A DNA stretch of 64,000 nt, from NCBI RefSeq assembly GCF_009914755.1, contig NC_060932.1; one strand, written 5' to 3'. Source of the DNA: the human T2T-CHM13v2.0 reference genome, Homo sapiens. Position numbers and translations under genes: made by a program. This document shows, in pieces, positions 36,126 through 58,683 of the stretch (position 1 is the first letter of the stretch; the number at the start of each line of letters is the position of its first letter). Below the pieces are notes generated by a model, which did no database searches, was not told the origin of the DNA, and saw nothing but the letters and a program-made list of their open reading frames with translations.

Positions 36126-36317
36126 TCTCCATTAATATGTTAAGAAGATGAACTAATGTCCAAAAACTAGAAAATCTGTTGTTAGTAGTAAAACTTATTT
36201 TGGAAATTGTAAATTGAAAAATATCAAATGCTTCTCCTTTGGATTGAGGCCATTGTAAACGTCACCATTCGACCGCTGCAGGCAAATGGAGCTGAATTAA
36301 GAACATAGCTTTATCTT

Positions 36318-36415
36318 ATATATACATGTATAGATATATGATAAAGAATATATAGAATATATATATATATACACATGTATATATACATACTTGTATGTGT
36401 GTGTATATATATATG
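36318..36415. repeat. (TA)n-rich microsatellite
   Basis: Direct reading of the sequence. Confidence 0.85.
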
Positions 36416-36507
36416 ATTTAAAAATCCTTTATACTTTCCAAAATACATAGTTGGTTTTTCAAATATATACAGATATAGAAACATTTGAAAATGGCTAAGA
36501 AAAATAT

Positions 36508-36636
36508 CTCAGAATTCATTTTCTTTTCAGCCACTTTTATCTGCTTTTGTTTGTTAGTCAGTATCTCATCTAGTAATATTCTAGCATTATATTCTTCGGA
36601 AAGTTGCTTCTGGGTATCATTTCATTCCTGCACAAA
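36508..36636 (-). pseudogene. 129-bp exon ([42 protein letters not shown]) with an in-frame stop and a mutated donor
   Basis: atctgtag|TTTGTG...TCTGAG|atattt. TGA at 36622-36624; the donor reads AT instead of GT. Confidence 0.88.
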
Positions 36637-37174
36637 CTACAGATACAGTACATTTTTGGTTTAATAGGACTGAAAAACAAAGTCTAAAAGAGCAGAACCT
36701 CTATTATAAAACTGTTAAAAGAAAGTAGCCTATTAAAACACAAAAATTTTTAACCCTCAAGAATCATTCAAATTTTAATTGCATACATGAGAGCTAAATT
36801 TCTCTACGAGGAGAAACACTTCTTACCTATATAAAGATACAGTATTGTGTAATAAAATTTCTTTCAAAACATTTAACACATTTTAGTTTGAAAGCTATTT
36901 AGCCTGTATTTTAATATAAAAATCCATAAATGAGCATTTATGTTAGTGATTAAACTCAACTTATCCTCCACTTCTTTATTCTGAAAACACAGATTGAGAT
37001 CCCAAGGTTTACAATAAAATAATTGTAACTATAAATGTCATAGCTCATTATAAAAATTAGATAACAGTTTTGGTGTGTTTACACCTAAATAACATACTAC
37101 ATTAAATCAAAGGAATATAAGTAATATTGATGAAATATAAAGTTGGAAATATAAAGTTTTCATCAGAAATTTAC

Positions 37175-37358
37175 CTGATCCAAATTCTTTCTTACTGTCC
37201 TCAATTCCATGGCTCGTGTTTTCAGAGTCCGTTTCAGTTGTTGGTTAATTTCAACATCTTTCCCATATTCCTCTTCTTTTCTTTTTAACTCTTCACTACC
37301 TTTTTTATACAACATATCAGCATCCTTTCTCTTTTCTTCTTCTTGTTTTAAGGTCAAT
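37175..37358 (-). pseudogene. 184-bp exon ((R)[19 protein letters not shown]...[10 protein letters not shown])
   Basis: ttaactgtatag|ATTGACC...GATCAG|gtaaat; frame is open; phase fits the neighbouring exons. Confidence 0.9.
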
Positions 37359-37908
37359 CTATACAGTTAAATATAGTTACATTAAAATTAATTTTGTTAG
37401 AAAATAAAAAAGTTTATTTTGTGATGTGGCTCTTCCTGAATAGGTTTATTATACAAATAAAATTTCTGTGTTCTTGACTATTTTTTCTTTCCAGTTCTCA
37501 TGCTTTTAATTTCTTCCTTCAATCTTTTCCAAGGGACAAATACTTGAAATGTAGTGAGGAAAGAACAACTTGCTAATTGATGAGTTTCTGTTACTAGTAA
37601 TTCCAATAAACATTATGAAAAAGGATATTAGAAATTATTCAGTTAACTTACAAGTTGAAAATTATCTCTTTTCACACAGCCATAGGAACTTCTCAATTAT
37701 GACAGATCATTTCAAATTAACTAATTAAAAAGAACATAGTACTTAAACAAGTTTATAAATTCACTAGAAGAAATTTTATTTTCATGAAATACTGGAGGTA
37801 TCCCTAAAATGATTTACAGGGCAAGATGGCACCATCAGTTGTCATTCACAGAATGTATATCTGCAGATTAATCCAAGACAAGGCAAAGGGGTCTCACATC
37901 TGTTAATC

Positions 37909-38439
37909 CAGCTGTCCCCAACCATGTTGGCACCAGGGACTGGCTCTTTGGAAGATAATTTTTCCTCGGACCTGAGGTGGGGGGATGATTCCAGGATGAT
38001 TCAAGCACGTTACATTTATTGTGTACTTTATTTCTATTATTACTGATTGTAATATATAATGAAATAATTATATAACTCACCATAACGTAGAATCAGTGGG
38101 AACCTTGAGCTTGTTTTCCTGCAACTACATGGTCCCATCTAGGAGTGACAGGAGACAGTGACAGATCATCAGGCATTAGATTCTCATAAGGAGTGCACAA
38201 CCTAGATCCCCTGCATGAGCAGCTTACTACAGGGTTCAGGTCACACTTCTTGACAATCTATTGCCACCGCTGATCTGACGGGAGGAAGAGCTCAGGTGGT
38301 AATGCAAGTGATGGGGAGTGGCTGTAAACACAGATAAAGCTTCGCTTACTCACCTGCCCCTAACCTTCTGCTGTGTGGTCCAATTCCTAACAGGCCAGGG
38401 ACTGGTACTGGTCCTTGTCCTGGGGATTGGGAACCCCTG
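37909..38439 (+). mobile_element. MER1A (hAT-Charlie non-autonomous DNA transposon)
   Basis: TIRs cagctgtccccaa / ttgggaacccctg; 8-bp TSD tgttaatc / tgttaacc; 531 bp long. Confidence 0.9.
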
Positions 38440-38689
38440 TGTTAACCCATACTTTTTATGTTTACTTTCTGGAAACACTTTCCATTTATATTCTTGATTC
38501 CTATATGTTTTATAAACAACTTAGAAATTCCTTTTGGAACAAGGCATGGTCTAGTATTTAAACAATGAAGAATAACATGTGTTTTTAACATAGAACTTTG
38601 AATTAATTTTATCTGTGTATGAAAGATGTGAAATAAACTAATCCCTTTCCATTTTACTTTTCATTTCATGAATATTAAGAATAAAACTG

Positions 38690-40693
38690 GGAAGTCCTAG
38701 GCAGAGAAATTGGGCAAAAGAAATAAAGGGCATCCAAATTGGAAAAGAGGAAGTCAAACTATCTCTTCAGCAATGATATGCTCTTATACCTAGAAAACTC
38801 TAAAGACTCCTACAAAACACTCCTAGATTTGATAAATGAATTCAGTAAAGTCTCAGAGGTTACAAAATAAATGAATACCAATCAGTATCACCACTATACA
38901 CCAACTACAACAAAGCTGAGATAATATGAAGAACTCAAACCCTTTTACAATGGCTGCAAAACTGTAAAATACCTAGGAATATACTTAATGAAGGAGGTGA
39001 GTGATCTATATAAGGATAAATGGAAAACATCACTGAAGAAAATAATAGATGACACAAATGAAAATACATCCTATGTTCATGGGTTGAAAGAATTGATATT
39101 GTGAAAATGACCATAGTGCCCAAAACAGTCTACAGGTTTGATACAATTCCTATCAAAATACCAATGTCATTCTTCATAGAATTATTTAAAAAAACTGCTG
39201 ACATTTATGTAGAACCACAAAAGAGCCTGAATAGCAACAGACATATCAAGCAAAAGGAACAAATATGTTGGCATCACATTACCTGACTTCAAATTACACT
39301 CTAAGGCTACAGTAACAAAAACAGCATGGTACTGGTATAAAAGTAGATACATAGATCAATGGAACAGAATAGACAAGCCAGAAAAAAAAGCCACTTACAA
39401 GTAAATGATCTTTGAGAAAGGATACAAAAACATACACTGGAGAAAGTACACATTATTTAATAAATGGTGCTGGGAGAAAAAGCCACATGTAGAAGAATGA
39501 AACTGGATCTCTATCTGTAACCAGACCCAAAAATTAATTCAAGGTGGATTAAAGGCCTAAACCTAAGACCTGAAAACACTGGCTTAGGCAATGAATTTAT
39601 GATGAAGACCCTAAAAGCAAATGCAACAAAAATGAAAATAAATAAATAAATATGGCCTAATTAAACTAAAAACTTCAGCACAGCAAAAGAAATAGTCCAT
39701 CAGAGTAAACCAACAACCCATAGAATGGGAAAAATATTTGTAAATTATGAATCTAACAAAGGATGAATATCCATAATCTACAAGAAATTCAAACAAAGCA
39801 GCAGGAAAAATACAAATAATTCCATCAAAAAGTGTGCACATGACATGAATAGACATTTCTCAAAAGAAGATGTATGAATAGTGAAAAAGCACATAAAAAC
39901 ATGCTAAACATCACTTATCATCAGGGAAATGTAAAATAAAACAACAGTAAGATATCACCTCACTGTAGCCAGAATGGCCATTATTAAAAATCAAAAAACA
40001 ACAGACAGTGGTGTGGATGTGGCAAAAAGAGAACAGATACACACTGCTGGTAGGAATGCAAATGAGTACAAAATATATGGAAAACAGTATGGCAATTTCT
40101 CAAAGAACTAAAAGTAGATCGTATCATTCTATTCAGCATTCTCATTTCTGGGTATCTAAGAAATCATTAAATCGAAAAGACACCTGCATATGTGTGTTTA
40201 CTGCAGCACAATTCACAATATGCAAAGATATGGAATCAACCAGTGTCCATTAACTGGTGAGTGGAATAAAGAAAATGTGATATATACATATATATATGTG
40301 AGTGTGTATATATATGTATATATACATATCCATACCACAGAATACTACTCAGCCATAAAGAAGAATGAAATAATCCTTTTTGCAGCAAACTGGATGGAGC
40401 TATAGGCCCTTATTCTAAGTGAAGTAACTCAGGAATGGAACAATACCACATGTTCTCATTTATAAGTGGGAGCTGTGCTATGGGTATGTAAAGGTAGGCA
40501 GAGTGGTATAATGATATTGGAGACTCAGAAGAAGAAAGGGTAGAAGAAAGGTGAGCAATGAAAACTACCTATTGTTGATGGGTACACTAAAATCCAGAGT
40601 TCACCACTATACAATTCATCCATGTAACCAAATACCACTTGTACCCCAACAGCTATTGAAATATAAATAAATAAATTTAAAGAGGGAGAAAAA
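38690..40693 (+). mobile_element. 5'-truncated old L1 (L1PB4/L1MA-like)
   Basis: ORF2 3' homology and 3'UTR; perfect 13-bp TSD aagaataaaactg at 38677-89 and 40694-706. Confidence 0.9.
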
Positions 40694-40790
40694 AAGAATA
40701 AAACTGTATAAAGTTTTAAAGAAGTATTGTGGCTTGAAACAAATGGCCACTTCATGCTCTGTTAGTTGAACTGTAAATTAATATAAATGG

Positions 40791-40863
40791 TTTTTTTTAT
40801 TTTAATTTCCAGAGTACATGTGCAGAATGCATAGATTTGTTTCATAGGTAAACATAGGTAAAC
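40791..40863 (-). mobile_element. Terminal tip of an older L1PA 3'UTR
   Basis: tttaatttccagagtacatgtgcag...cataggtaaac resembles an older-subfamily 3' end. Confidence 0.7.
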
Positions 40864-46753
<5,890 letters not shown>

Positions 46754-46965
46754 CAAAGTGGAGAGTTCTTGCTCCCATTCATCTTTTTCATGTTCTAACT
46801 GTAATTGTGTTTCTTTTGTTTCAGACAGCTTCTTTTGTAGTACATGAATCATATTTTCCATTTGTTCAATTTCTATTGTAAGTTGTTCACAGTGATTACT
46901 TTTAAGTTCTAGTAAGTGTTCATCTGAAAGAACTGCATCCTGGATTTTTGATAGGCTAGCAGAAT
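46754..46965 (-). pseudogene. Exon (DSASLSKIQDAVLSDEHLLELKSNHCEQL...EWEQELSTL) whose donor is replaced by an L1 5' end
   Basis: Acceptor is ccccaatgcag|ATTCT; frame is open (ORF 46727..47041); the exon runs straight into GGGGGAGGAGCCAAGATGGCCG. Confidence 0.9.
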
Positions 46966-48004
46966 CTGCATTGGGGGAAAACAAGGTGGAAATAAAATAT
47001 ATGAGTACTTTTTGGATATAAAGTCCTGTGCATTTTAACATTCACCCATCCATACACCAAACAAATATGCACTGAGTTCCTACCATGTGGAAGACATTCT
47101 ACTGAGCTCTGCAGATAAAACAAACAGTAACTCTGTTCTTGTTTAGCTTTAGGTGTAGTGAAAAACAAATACTAAATTACAAATTCAGATAGATGCTGCA
47201 AGAAAACAGTTCTATGATAACACAGAATTTGATCTATACTGGGCTCAGGAAGATTTCCCTGGGGAAGAGATGGCTACACTGAGTAATGAAGGGTGAGAAG
47301 GAAGCAGTTAAGTAAAGGGAGTAGAAAAGCATTCTAGCTAGTCTACGGCATGTGCTGAAGCTCTGCTGCAGTCTGCTTCTGGCCACAATGGAGCAGCAGA
47401 TACTGATTTACCTTCTTGCCTGAAACAAAAACAAGAAAGACAAAATACACAATACAATGATTTTCAAGAACATGGACTGCAGGTAATGAAGACGATGATC
47501 CCTGTAAGACAGGAAACAAATGAAGTAAGATTTACAAACACCCCAGCAAACTGACTGGACAAAGTTTCCAGGCCATGACAACAGGAGAAAATAAAATTGA
47601 GGTAGAGTCCGCCAGATTCCCTGAATTGGAACAACGAAGCTGAGAGGCTCAAAAAAACATCAAGGCAGACAGAAATCACAAAACAGAACACTGGAAACGA
47701 GAGAACAGTATAGGAGAAGAACAATAAAGATCTGCAAAAATACCCTCTTGGGTATTTATTTAACAGAGTAATGAACAGTATATGTGTGCTAGGAAACTAC
47801 TTGAGACCAGGTCGAAAAAAATCCTTAAAAAATTAAAAGAAACAGTGCCTGTTGCTCACATAATATACCAGGAAGAGTGTCCATTCCTATGACTGATACT
47901 GGAAAAACTTCACAGGGCAAAGAATAGCGTTATTAGAAACACCTTGTCTCGAGTGGAAAGTTAGACCAAATCATAAAGCAAGACCAGAAAGATCAAGTTG
48001 TTTA

Positions 48005-48451
<447 letters not shown>

Positions 48452-49854
48452 TCACAAAAAATAAAATTCATAAATTTGAGACATCAGAGAACTATGAGAA
48501 AATTTTAAGCAACAATATATAAGTCCCCAAAGAGGGAGGAAGACAGAAAGACAAAAACATAAAGATAGTGGCCAGAAACTTTCTAAACGTAATAAAAACT
48601 ATAATCCTACAAATCCAGGAAGAATCTGGCTGGGAGAGAGAAAATGAAAGTATACTACTCTAATTTTCTTATGCCATATATGATATTATATAATATTGCC
48701 TGAAGGTGAGCTATGATAAGTTAAAATCATACAGTACAAATTGTAATGCAACCACTAACACAGCAAAAAAAGAGTTATAGACAATAAGCCAAAAAAAGAT
48801 AAAACTAAATCATAAAAATTACATAACTAATTGAAAAGAAAGCAGGAAAAGAATGGAACAAAGAACAGCTGGAACTAATGAAAATCAAACAGCATGACAG
48901 ATAAACTTAACTATTAATATATCAATAATCACATTATAAATAAAACTGGCCTAAAAACCTAAAAGACAGATTGTCAAACTGTATAAAAAGCAAGATCCTA
49001 CTCCATGCTACCTATAAGAAACACACTTTAAATGTAAAGATGCAAATTAAAAGGATGAAAAATATAGACCACACAGTTGACAAAAGAAAGCTAAGCAGGA
49101 ATGATTATGTTAATACAAAAGTAGATTTCACAGCAAAAAAATATTACTAGCTATAAACAACATCATTTCATGATAAATGTTCAATTAATCAAGAACATAT
49201 AACCCTAAATGTTTATGTACCTAGTAACATAACAGCTTTGAAATACATGAGGAAAATACTGATAGAACAAATTGACAAATTCACAGGTATAGTCTGAGTT
49301 TTCAGTATTGCTTACTCAATATGTGATAGAACAAGGAGGCAGAAAATCAGCAAGATGAGAGTAGACTTGAAGAACACAATGCTTCTCAACTACCCTTGGA
49401 ACACTTAGTAAAACAGACCATATTCTAGGCTATACAATAAATCTTCATAAAAGAATTAAGTCAAAGGATTTAAGTCATAGAAAGTATGATCCCTGACCAC
49501 AAAGGAATCAAATTAAAATCACTAACAAAATATCTCATCAAAATACTCAAAAATTTAGAAACAAAGTAACACCCATCTAAATAACCCTAGGTCAAAGACA
49601 TAATGCAAAGAGAAATTAGAAACTATTTTGAAGTGAATAAAAATGAAAATAGTCCATATCAGAATTTGTGGACTAAAGCTACAACGCATTTAAAAAGTTA
49701 GCACTGAATGTCTATACTGGAAGACTCTCAAATCAATGGCCTTGACTTCTATCTTATGAAAGTAAAAAAGAAGAAACTACAAAAAGAAAAAAAAGAGAGA
49801 GAGAGAGAGCAAATTAAACCCAAAAGAAGCAGAGGAAATAATATAATAAATATC

Positions 49855-50219
49855 TGCTATGGTCTGAACATTTGTGTCCTCCCAAAACTCATATGCTGAA
49901 ACTTAATCAAAGAAGTGATGTTATTAGGAACTGCAGCTTTGTGGAGGCAATTGGCTCATGGAATCCAAGCCCTCATGAATGGGATTAGTGCCCTTATCTG
50001 AGACACCAGAGAGCTCATTCACCCCTTCTGTCATATGAAGCACACAGGGGAGAAAAGGGAAAGTAGGAACCAGGAATTGATCCCTCACCAGACATTCAAT
50101 TTTCTGGCACCTTGATCTTGGATTTTGCAGCCTCCAGGAATATAAGAAATCAGTTTCTGTTGTTTATAAGCTACCCAGTCTATGGTATTTTGTGACAGCA
50201 GGCCAAACAGATGATGACA
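49855..50219 (+). mobile_element. MaLR solo LTR (MSTD/MLT1A-like)
   Basis: tgctatggtctgaac...gtctatggtattttgtgacagcag..gaca. Confidence 0.8.
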
Positions 50220-50357
50220 TCAAAGATAAAACCAATAAAACAGAAAAGGGAAAATCAATAAAACCAAACAGTTCGAGGTCAATGAAAGTGATAAACCTCG
50301 ATCTAGCCAGGCTGATAATAAAAAAGATAACAAATTACTAATTTCAGAAATAAGTAA

Positions 50358-50731
<374 letters not shown>

Positions 50732-51677
50732 TAACTAACCATGACAACTTAAATTAAATGGACACATTCCTTGAAAAATAAAAATTACCAAAGCTCAATC
50801 AAGAAGAAATAGATAACCCAAATCCCCTTATATCCACAAAAGAAAATAAAGTTGAGAAAACTCCAAGCTCAGACAGCTGTGCTGGTGAATTCTATCAAAC
50901 ATTTTAGGAAGATGTAATATAATTTTACACAACCTCTCCCCCAAAAAATAAAGTGGGGAAATACAACACAACTCATTCTATAATGTTAGCATTACCCTGA
51001 ACCAAACAGTGATATTACAAAAAAGAAAACTCCCTCATGAACGTTGACAAAAAATTTAACCAATTTCTGAAGCAACCAAGATATCCTCCAATAGGTGAGT
51101 GAACAACCTCTAGCACAGTCATATAATGAACTATTAGTCAATGCTAAACAAAAATAAGCTATCATGTCATAAGACATGGTGGAAACATAAATGCATATTA
51201 CTAAGTGAAAGATGCCAATCTGAAGGATATGCACTGTATGATTTCAACTATATGACATTCTAGAAAAGGCAAAACTATGGATACAGTAAAAAGATCAGTG
51301 GTTGCCTGGGGTTGAGGAGGGAAGGAAAGGCAGACAGGTGAAACACAAAGGAATTTTAGAGCAGTAAAAATAATTTGTACAATACTATAATGATGAATAT
51401 ATGTCCTTTCCAAACCCACATATTGTAGAATGCCAGGAGTGCACACTAATATAATCTATGAACTTCAGATGATTATGACGTGCCATTTTGGTTCATCAAT
51501 CATATCAACTGTACCACTCTAGTGAGGGATACTGATAATGGGAAAGGCTATGCATGTCTGGGGACAGGAACTACACAGACAATCTCTGTACCTCTCAATG
51601 TTGCTGTGAACCTAAAACTACATTAAAATAGTCTTTTAAAATTTCTAAACAAAATTTTGGCAAACTGGATACAAATA

Positions 51678-51794
51678 AATACAGGGTCTAACTTTGTTGC
51701 CCAGGTTGGTCTCGAACTCCAGCTTCAAGCAATCCTCCTGCTCTGACCTCCCAAAGTGCTGAAACTACAGGCATGAGCCACCGTGTCCAGCGCC
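51678..51794 (-). mobile_element. FLAM or Alu left-monomer fragment
   Basis: Single antisense monomer. Confidence 0.8.
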
Positions 51795-52250
51795 AATGAT
51801 ATACTATTTTTAAAAAGCCTACATCCTAAGCAAATGGGTTTTATTCTAAAATGCAAGGTTGGTTTAACATTAAAATATTAGTTATTCAACTAATTAAAAA
51901 ACTAAAACAGAAGAACCTTATGATTATCTCAGTAGATAAAGGCATTTGATAAAATTCAATTTCATTCTTGATTAAAAAAAAAACCCTCTCAGCAATCTAA
52001 GAATACAAATGAACTTCATCAGCATGACACAAAGCATCTATGACAAACCTACAGCTAACGTGTATCACAATGACACACTGAATGCTTTCCCCATATCAGG
52101 AACAACACAGGAATGTCTGCTTTCAAATCTTTAGTAAGCATTATGCTAAAGATTCTAGCCAGTGGTGTCAGACAAGAAAAAGAAATAAAAGGTATCCAGG
52201 TTGGAAAGAAGAAGTAAAACTGTCTTTATTCACAACCATGATCACATAAT

Positions 52251-52415
52251 AGGGGCAGATAAACTACAACCTGTGGGCCAGCTTCTTGTTTTATTGGAAC
52301 ACAGCTGTGTTCATTAATGTATGTATTCTCCCTGGCTGCTCTCATACTACAGTGGCAGAGTTGATTAGCTGCAACAGAGACTGTTCTGCCGCAAGTCTGA
52401 AAGATTTCCTATCTT
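52251..52415. mobile_element. MER58A-like fragment
   Basis: aaactacaacctgtgggcc..ttttattggaacacagc..agtggcagagttga. Confidence 0.7.
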
Positions 52416-52608
52416 TAGTAAAACAGTAGTTTGAGAATGAAAATATTTGATGATCATTGTTGTATGTATAAAATATGATCAAATATACCAAAAAAGTTAC
52501 TAGAACTAATAATAAGTAAGTTTAGCAAGGCTGGAGGATACAAAAATCAACATACAAAAATCAGCTGTATTCCTATATACTAGCAATAAACAATTAACTT
52601 GAAATTTA

Positions 52609-52968
<360 letters not shown>

Positions 52969-53031
52969 GAAACACATATTTAAAAAACTACAAAATATTA
53001 CTGAGAAAATTAAATTTGTCCTATATAAATA

Positions 53032-53078
53032 GGAACAATTTCATAGGAGAGGAACAATTTCATAGGAGTGGAACAATG
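53032..53078. repeat. 19-bp tandem duplication
   Basis: ggaacaatttcataggag(a/t) x2, plus ggaacaat. Confidence 0.9.
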
Positions 53079-53162
53079 CATTATCATTAAAATGTCAATC
53101 CTCCCCCAATTAATGTATAGATTGAATACAAACTCAGTGTAATTCCCAGAAAGACAGCAGGC

Positions 53163-53457
<295 letters not shown>

Positions 53458-53621
53458 GACAGCAGGCTTTTAAAAAAAAAAATAACAATCTGATTCCAAA
53501 ACTCATGTGGAAATGCAAAAGATCCAGCATAGTCAAAATAACCCTTAAAAAAGAAGAAAACCAAAGGGCTGATGTCAAGATTTAGTATAAATTTACAGTA
53601 ATGAAAACAGTGTGTTACTAT

Positions 53622-53927
53622 TACAGGTGGAATAGCTCTCAAAGTGTGTGGTACCAAAAGTGTTTTGGGTTTTGGAATATTTGCATATATATAATCAGAT
53701 ATCTCGAGGGTGGAACCCAAGTCTAAACACAAAATACACTTATGTTATATACACCTTATACGTAGAGCTTAAATGTAATTTTATGGAATACTTTTAGTAA
53801 ATTTAGTTTGTGTACTTGAGGTCTAGTGTGAAATTTTCTACTTGTGGCATCATGTTGGCACTCAAAAAGTTTTGGATTTTGGAGCATTTCTGATTTTGGA
53901 TTTTGGTATTAGGGATGCTAGACCTAC
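53622..53927. mobile_element. MER2-like Tigger derivative
   Basis: tacaggtgga...ggattttggagcatttctgattttggatttt..agggatgct. Confidence 0.75.
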
Positions 53928-53951
53928 ATAAAGAAAGCCAGAAACCAATTT

Positions 53952-54345
<394 letters not shown>

Positions 54346-54890
54346 AGAAGAATATGTAGATCAATGGAACACAACAAACAGTCCAGAAATAGACCCACAC
54401 ACATACAGCCAACTTATTTTTCACAAATGCACGATAGCAATGTAGTGGAGAAAAGAGAAAGCCTTTTCAACATATGTGGCTGGAACAATTAGATATCCAC
54501 ATCCATAAAATGAACTTGCATCCACACCTCACTCCATAAGCAAAAATGTACACAATGTGGATCACAGATATAAATGTAAGACCTAAATCTATAAAAATTC
54601 TTCAAGAAAGCAGAGGAGAAAATCTTTGGGACCTTGTGCTGGACAAATACTTTTTTAGATATGACACAAAAAGCAAAATCCATAATTAAATGAACACATA
54701 TATCAGACTTCATCAAAATGAAAAACTTCTTCTCTTTAAAATATATTAAGAAAACAAAAGGTCAAGCCACAAACTGGGAAAAAAAATCCTTCCAAAAAGC
54801 ATAATAAAGGAATAATATCCAGAATCTATTAAAAAAAAAAACTCTTAAAACTCAAGAAATAAGAATAAAAACTATCTAATTTTTAATTCT

Positions 54891-55204
<314 letters not shown>

Positions 55205-56185
55205 CTAATTTTTAATTCTTTATAAGCTCTCCATTTCACTAAAGAAGATATACAGGTGGCAAATAAAGCACTCGGGAACATGTTCAACATTCTTAGTCCT
55301 TAGGGTAATGCACATTCACACCATAGTGACACGCACAACATGCACCCATTGGAATGGCTAAAAACTAAAAACTAATAAACAGCAGTACTAAGAGCTCATG
55401 ACGATATGGAACAAGGAGAATTATCATATACTGCTGATAGGAATGGAAAATAGCACAAATACTTAAACATTTAGTAGTTTCTTAATAAGGGAATACAAAG
55501 GGACAGGAAGAGACTTTTATGGATGATGGGTATGTTATCGGTCTTGATTATGGTGATGGTTTTGCATGTGCATACATATGCCAAAACTTATCAAATTTTA
55601 CGTTTTATATATGTGCTGTCTATCGTATATCAGTTATGCCTCACTAAAGCTGTCAGTTGCAGGAATAAACATCTAAGACAATAGCTAGGACAAAGAGGAA
55701 AAAAGTATATTAAATGATGCAGGAGAGAGCTCAAGTATTCAAATCTTAACCTTATAGCAATGGCAAGTGGTAAGCTGAGGTATAAGCAAGAGATAACATC
55801 AGATCTGAATTTTTAAAAATTAATAATTATAGTTTCAGAGTAGACCATGGTCTCAGGAAATGGGGTAGCAAGAAAAACAGTTCTAAGGTTATTGCAGTAT
55901 CCCGAGTGGGAGAGAATGGTAACCTGATCTGAGAATAAGGCATATAAGAGAAGAAGAGTCAACAAAAATGCTGAGACTGCCCTTCATACTGAGAAAGGCA
56001 CCGTGGAGTTATCATAGCTTTGGTATACAATATACATTATTTCTCAGTCTACTTTAACGTTAAACATATTTCTGAGATAAGCAACACTATAACACGTTAG
56101 TGCTCTATGGTGCAACGCTAAGCAATGTGTGCAAATATTACTGTAGGATACATAAAAAGTCATTCTACTTATGCAATGGTCCTAC

Positions 56186-56327
56186 CGTTAAAATCCATTT
56201 TGATTTGTTCAGTGAGCAACATAAAAGTCTCATAATTAGGGTAAGGCAAATCGTAATCCTCTGAGGCTATTTCAGATGGCCACGTTATGTCATCAAGGTC
56301 ATCCACTGAATGTATTTCACTTTTGAC
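56186..56327 (-). pseudogene. 142-bp exon (VKSEIHSVDDLDDITWPSEIASEDYDLPYPNYETFMLLTEQIKMDFN)
   Basis: tcacag|GTC...AACG|gtagga; frame is open; lies within ORF 56169..56363(-). Confidence 0.9.
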
Positions 56328-56502
56328 CTGTGAGTTAAATAATACTGCTTCAAATGTCCTCAAAATATTTACAGAATATTCTAGATGTACAGAAGTGGTA
56401 TTTATTCATCTTTTTATATGAGCAAAACCACAGGCACTTCTTAAAACAACAGATTTTTCTTAAAAGGGTACCATTATCAATGGCTAGGCTACTCTTTCTT
56501 AA

Positions 56503-56835
<333 letters not shown>

Positions 56836-56946
56836 AAGCCCTTTCTTCCTAACTACATGTCTTTATAACCAAAGATTCTCACTTAACCTTTTATAATGTG
56901 TTTTTTTCTTAACAATAATGTTTTAGATAATTTAATTTTACAATAC

Positions 56947-56977
56947 CGTGTTCTTTTCATTAAATTTCTTTTCAGGC
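56947..56977 (-). pseudogene. 31-bp micro-exon of the POTE-like gene ((R)PEKKFNEKNT)
   Basis: Minus strand reads tttcttttttcag|GCCTGAAAAGAAATTTAATGAAAAGAACACG|gtattg, with canonical AG/GT; matches recalled POTEA RPEKKSNEKNK. Confidence 0.85.
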
Positions 56978-57429
56978 CTGAAAAAAGAAACAATTCCTTT
57001 TAGACAAATGGTAAACACATAAAATACAAAGAATGTCCAAAACTATTATTTTATTATATAAAATCTCTGCATTTATAAGTTGTTTCTTCTTTTCATTAAG
57101 TGTTCAGGTCATTTTTAACAGGTAATGTAAATATAATTATTTTCCATAAGGGGAATTAAACTATAAACAGAAAGAGTAACATTAAGGGAGACAAAATATG
57201 GTAATAATATCATTACAAAGAATTAAATTTAGATCAAGCTTTCTGACAGTCAAGACAAAAGGAAAAACACATTACTTGTATTATGTGATAGAAATAAATA
57301 TACCAGAACTTCTCACTGTTGTCCTTTACAATAAAAACAAGCTTCTACTAACACTAAAACCTATTTGGAACATATTACTTATGTTCTTATATGAGGGGAA
57401 CCCTTTTTAATGATAATATTCACTTTTTC

Positions 57430-57640
57430 AGGACTTGTTATGCAGGTACTATGCATCATTCTAAGCACTGTGCATTTGTCAAGCTCATTTTAATTATCAT
57501 AACAATTCTGTGAGGTAGGTAACATATTAGAGATTCTATAAAGGGAGAAACTAGGCACGGAAAGGCCATATAAATTTCCCCAGCCCACAGAGCTGGTCAG
57601 TAGTCTACACAGCATTGAAACTCAAGAATTCTGCCTCTAA
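57430..57640 (-). mobile_element. MIR
   Basis: ctcattttaattatcataacaattctgtgaggtagg..gaaactaggcac core-like sequence. Confidence 0.7.
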
Positions 57641-58359
57641 AACGTGTGTTTTGCAATATCCTGTGAAGGTAATATTTATTTCCAAGTGTTTTTAAGAGAT
57701 ATGATAGCAGATGAATCCATATTATCATTACATTTTTGGCTATAATTATAACTAATAATTTCTGAATCTTGCACTTTTAAAAAAAATAAAAAGACTTTAT
57801 ACGGAGGCAAGTTTGGAAACCTACTACTTTCAAAACACTAAAAATTTATTTTTTAAAAGAAATTAATCAATGGCATTCATTCATCTCTTCAACTGTTTAT
57901 TCATGCATTCAACAAATACTCGTTGGGCACACAACACATGCTGATGACACTGTTGTCCAAGGGAAACATGGTTTTGATGCTTTCAAACTTTACAATCCTG
58001 AAGTAATAATCTGCAATAGTTTGTCAATAGTTTGCTTTTCTCAAGTTCATGAACAAAATCCTTCCCTACTCCCCAGAATCTAAACAACTGTAAAGTTGAT
58101 ACACCTGATATTTTAGAGTAAGTAACTCAGCAAATCATGGCTACTGTCAAAGGTACTGCAATATGTACAATTATGATGAAATATTTAAGTTCTATTCATC
58201 ATGGCATAAGTGTGTGGATGTTTATTATAATTATTTTTAAAAATCTGTGTATGATAGCTTAAGATTTAGGTCATCATCTGCATGTTCAGTTACACTAATG
58301 TTACACTTCTAAACCAATTCTGAAAAAAACAACTCTAATCATAAAACTATACATGAATA

Positions 58360-58683
<324 letters not shown>

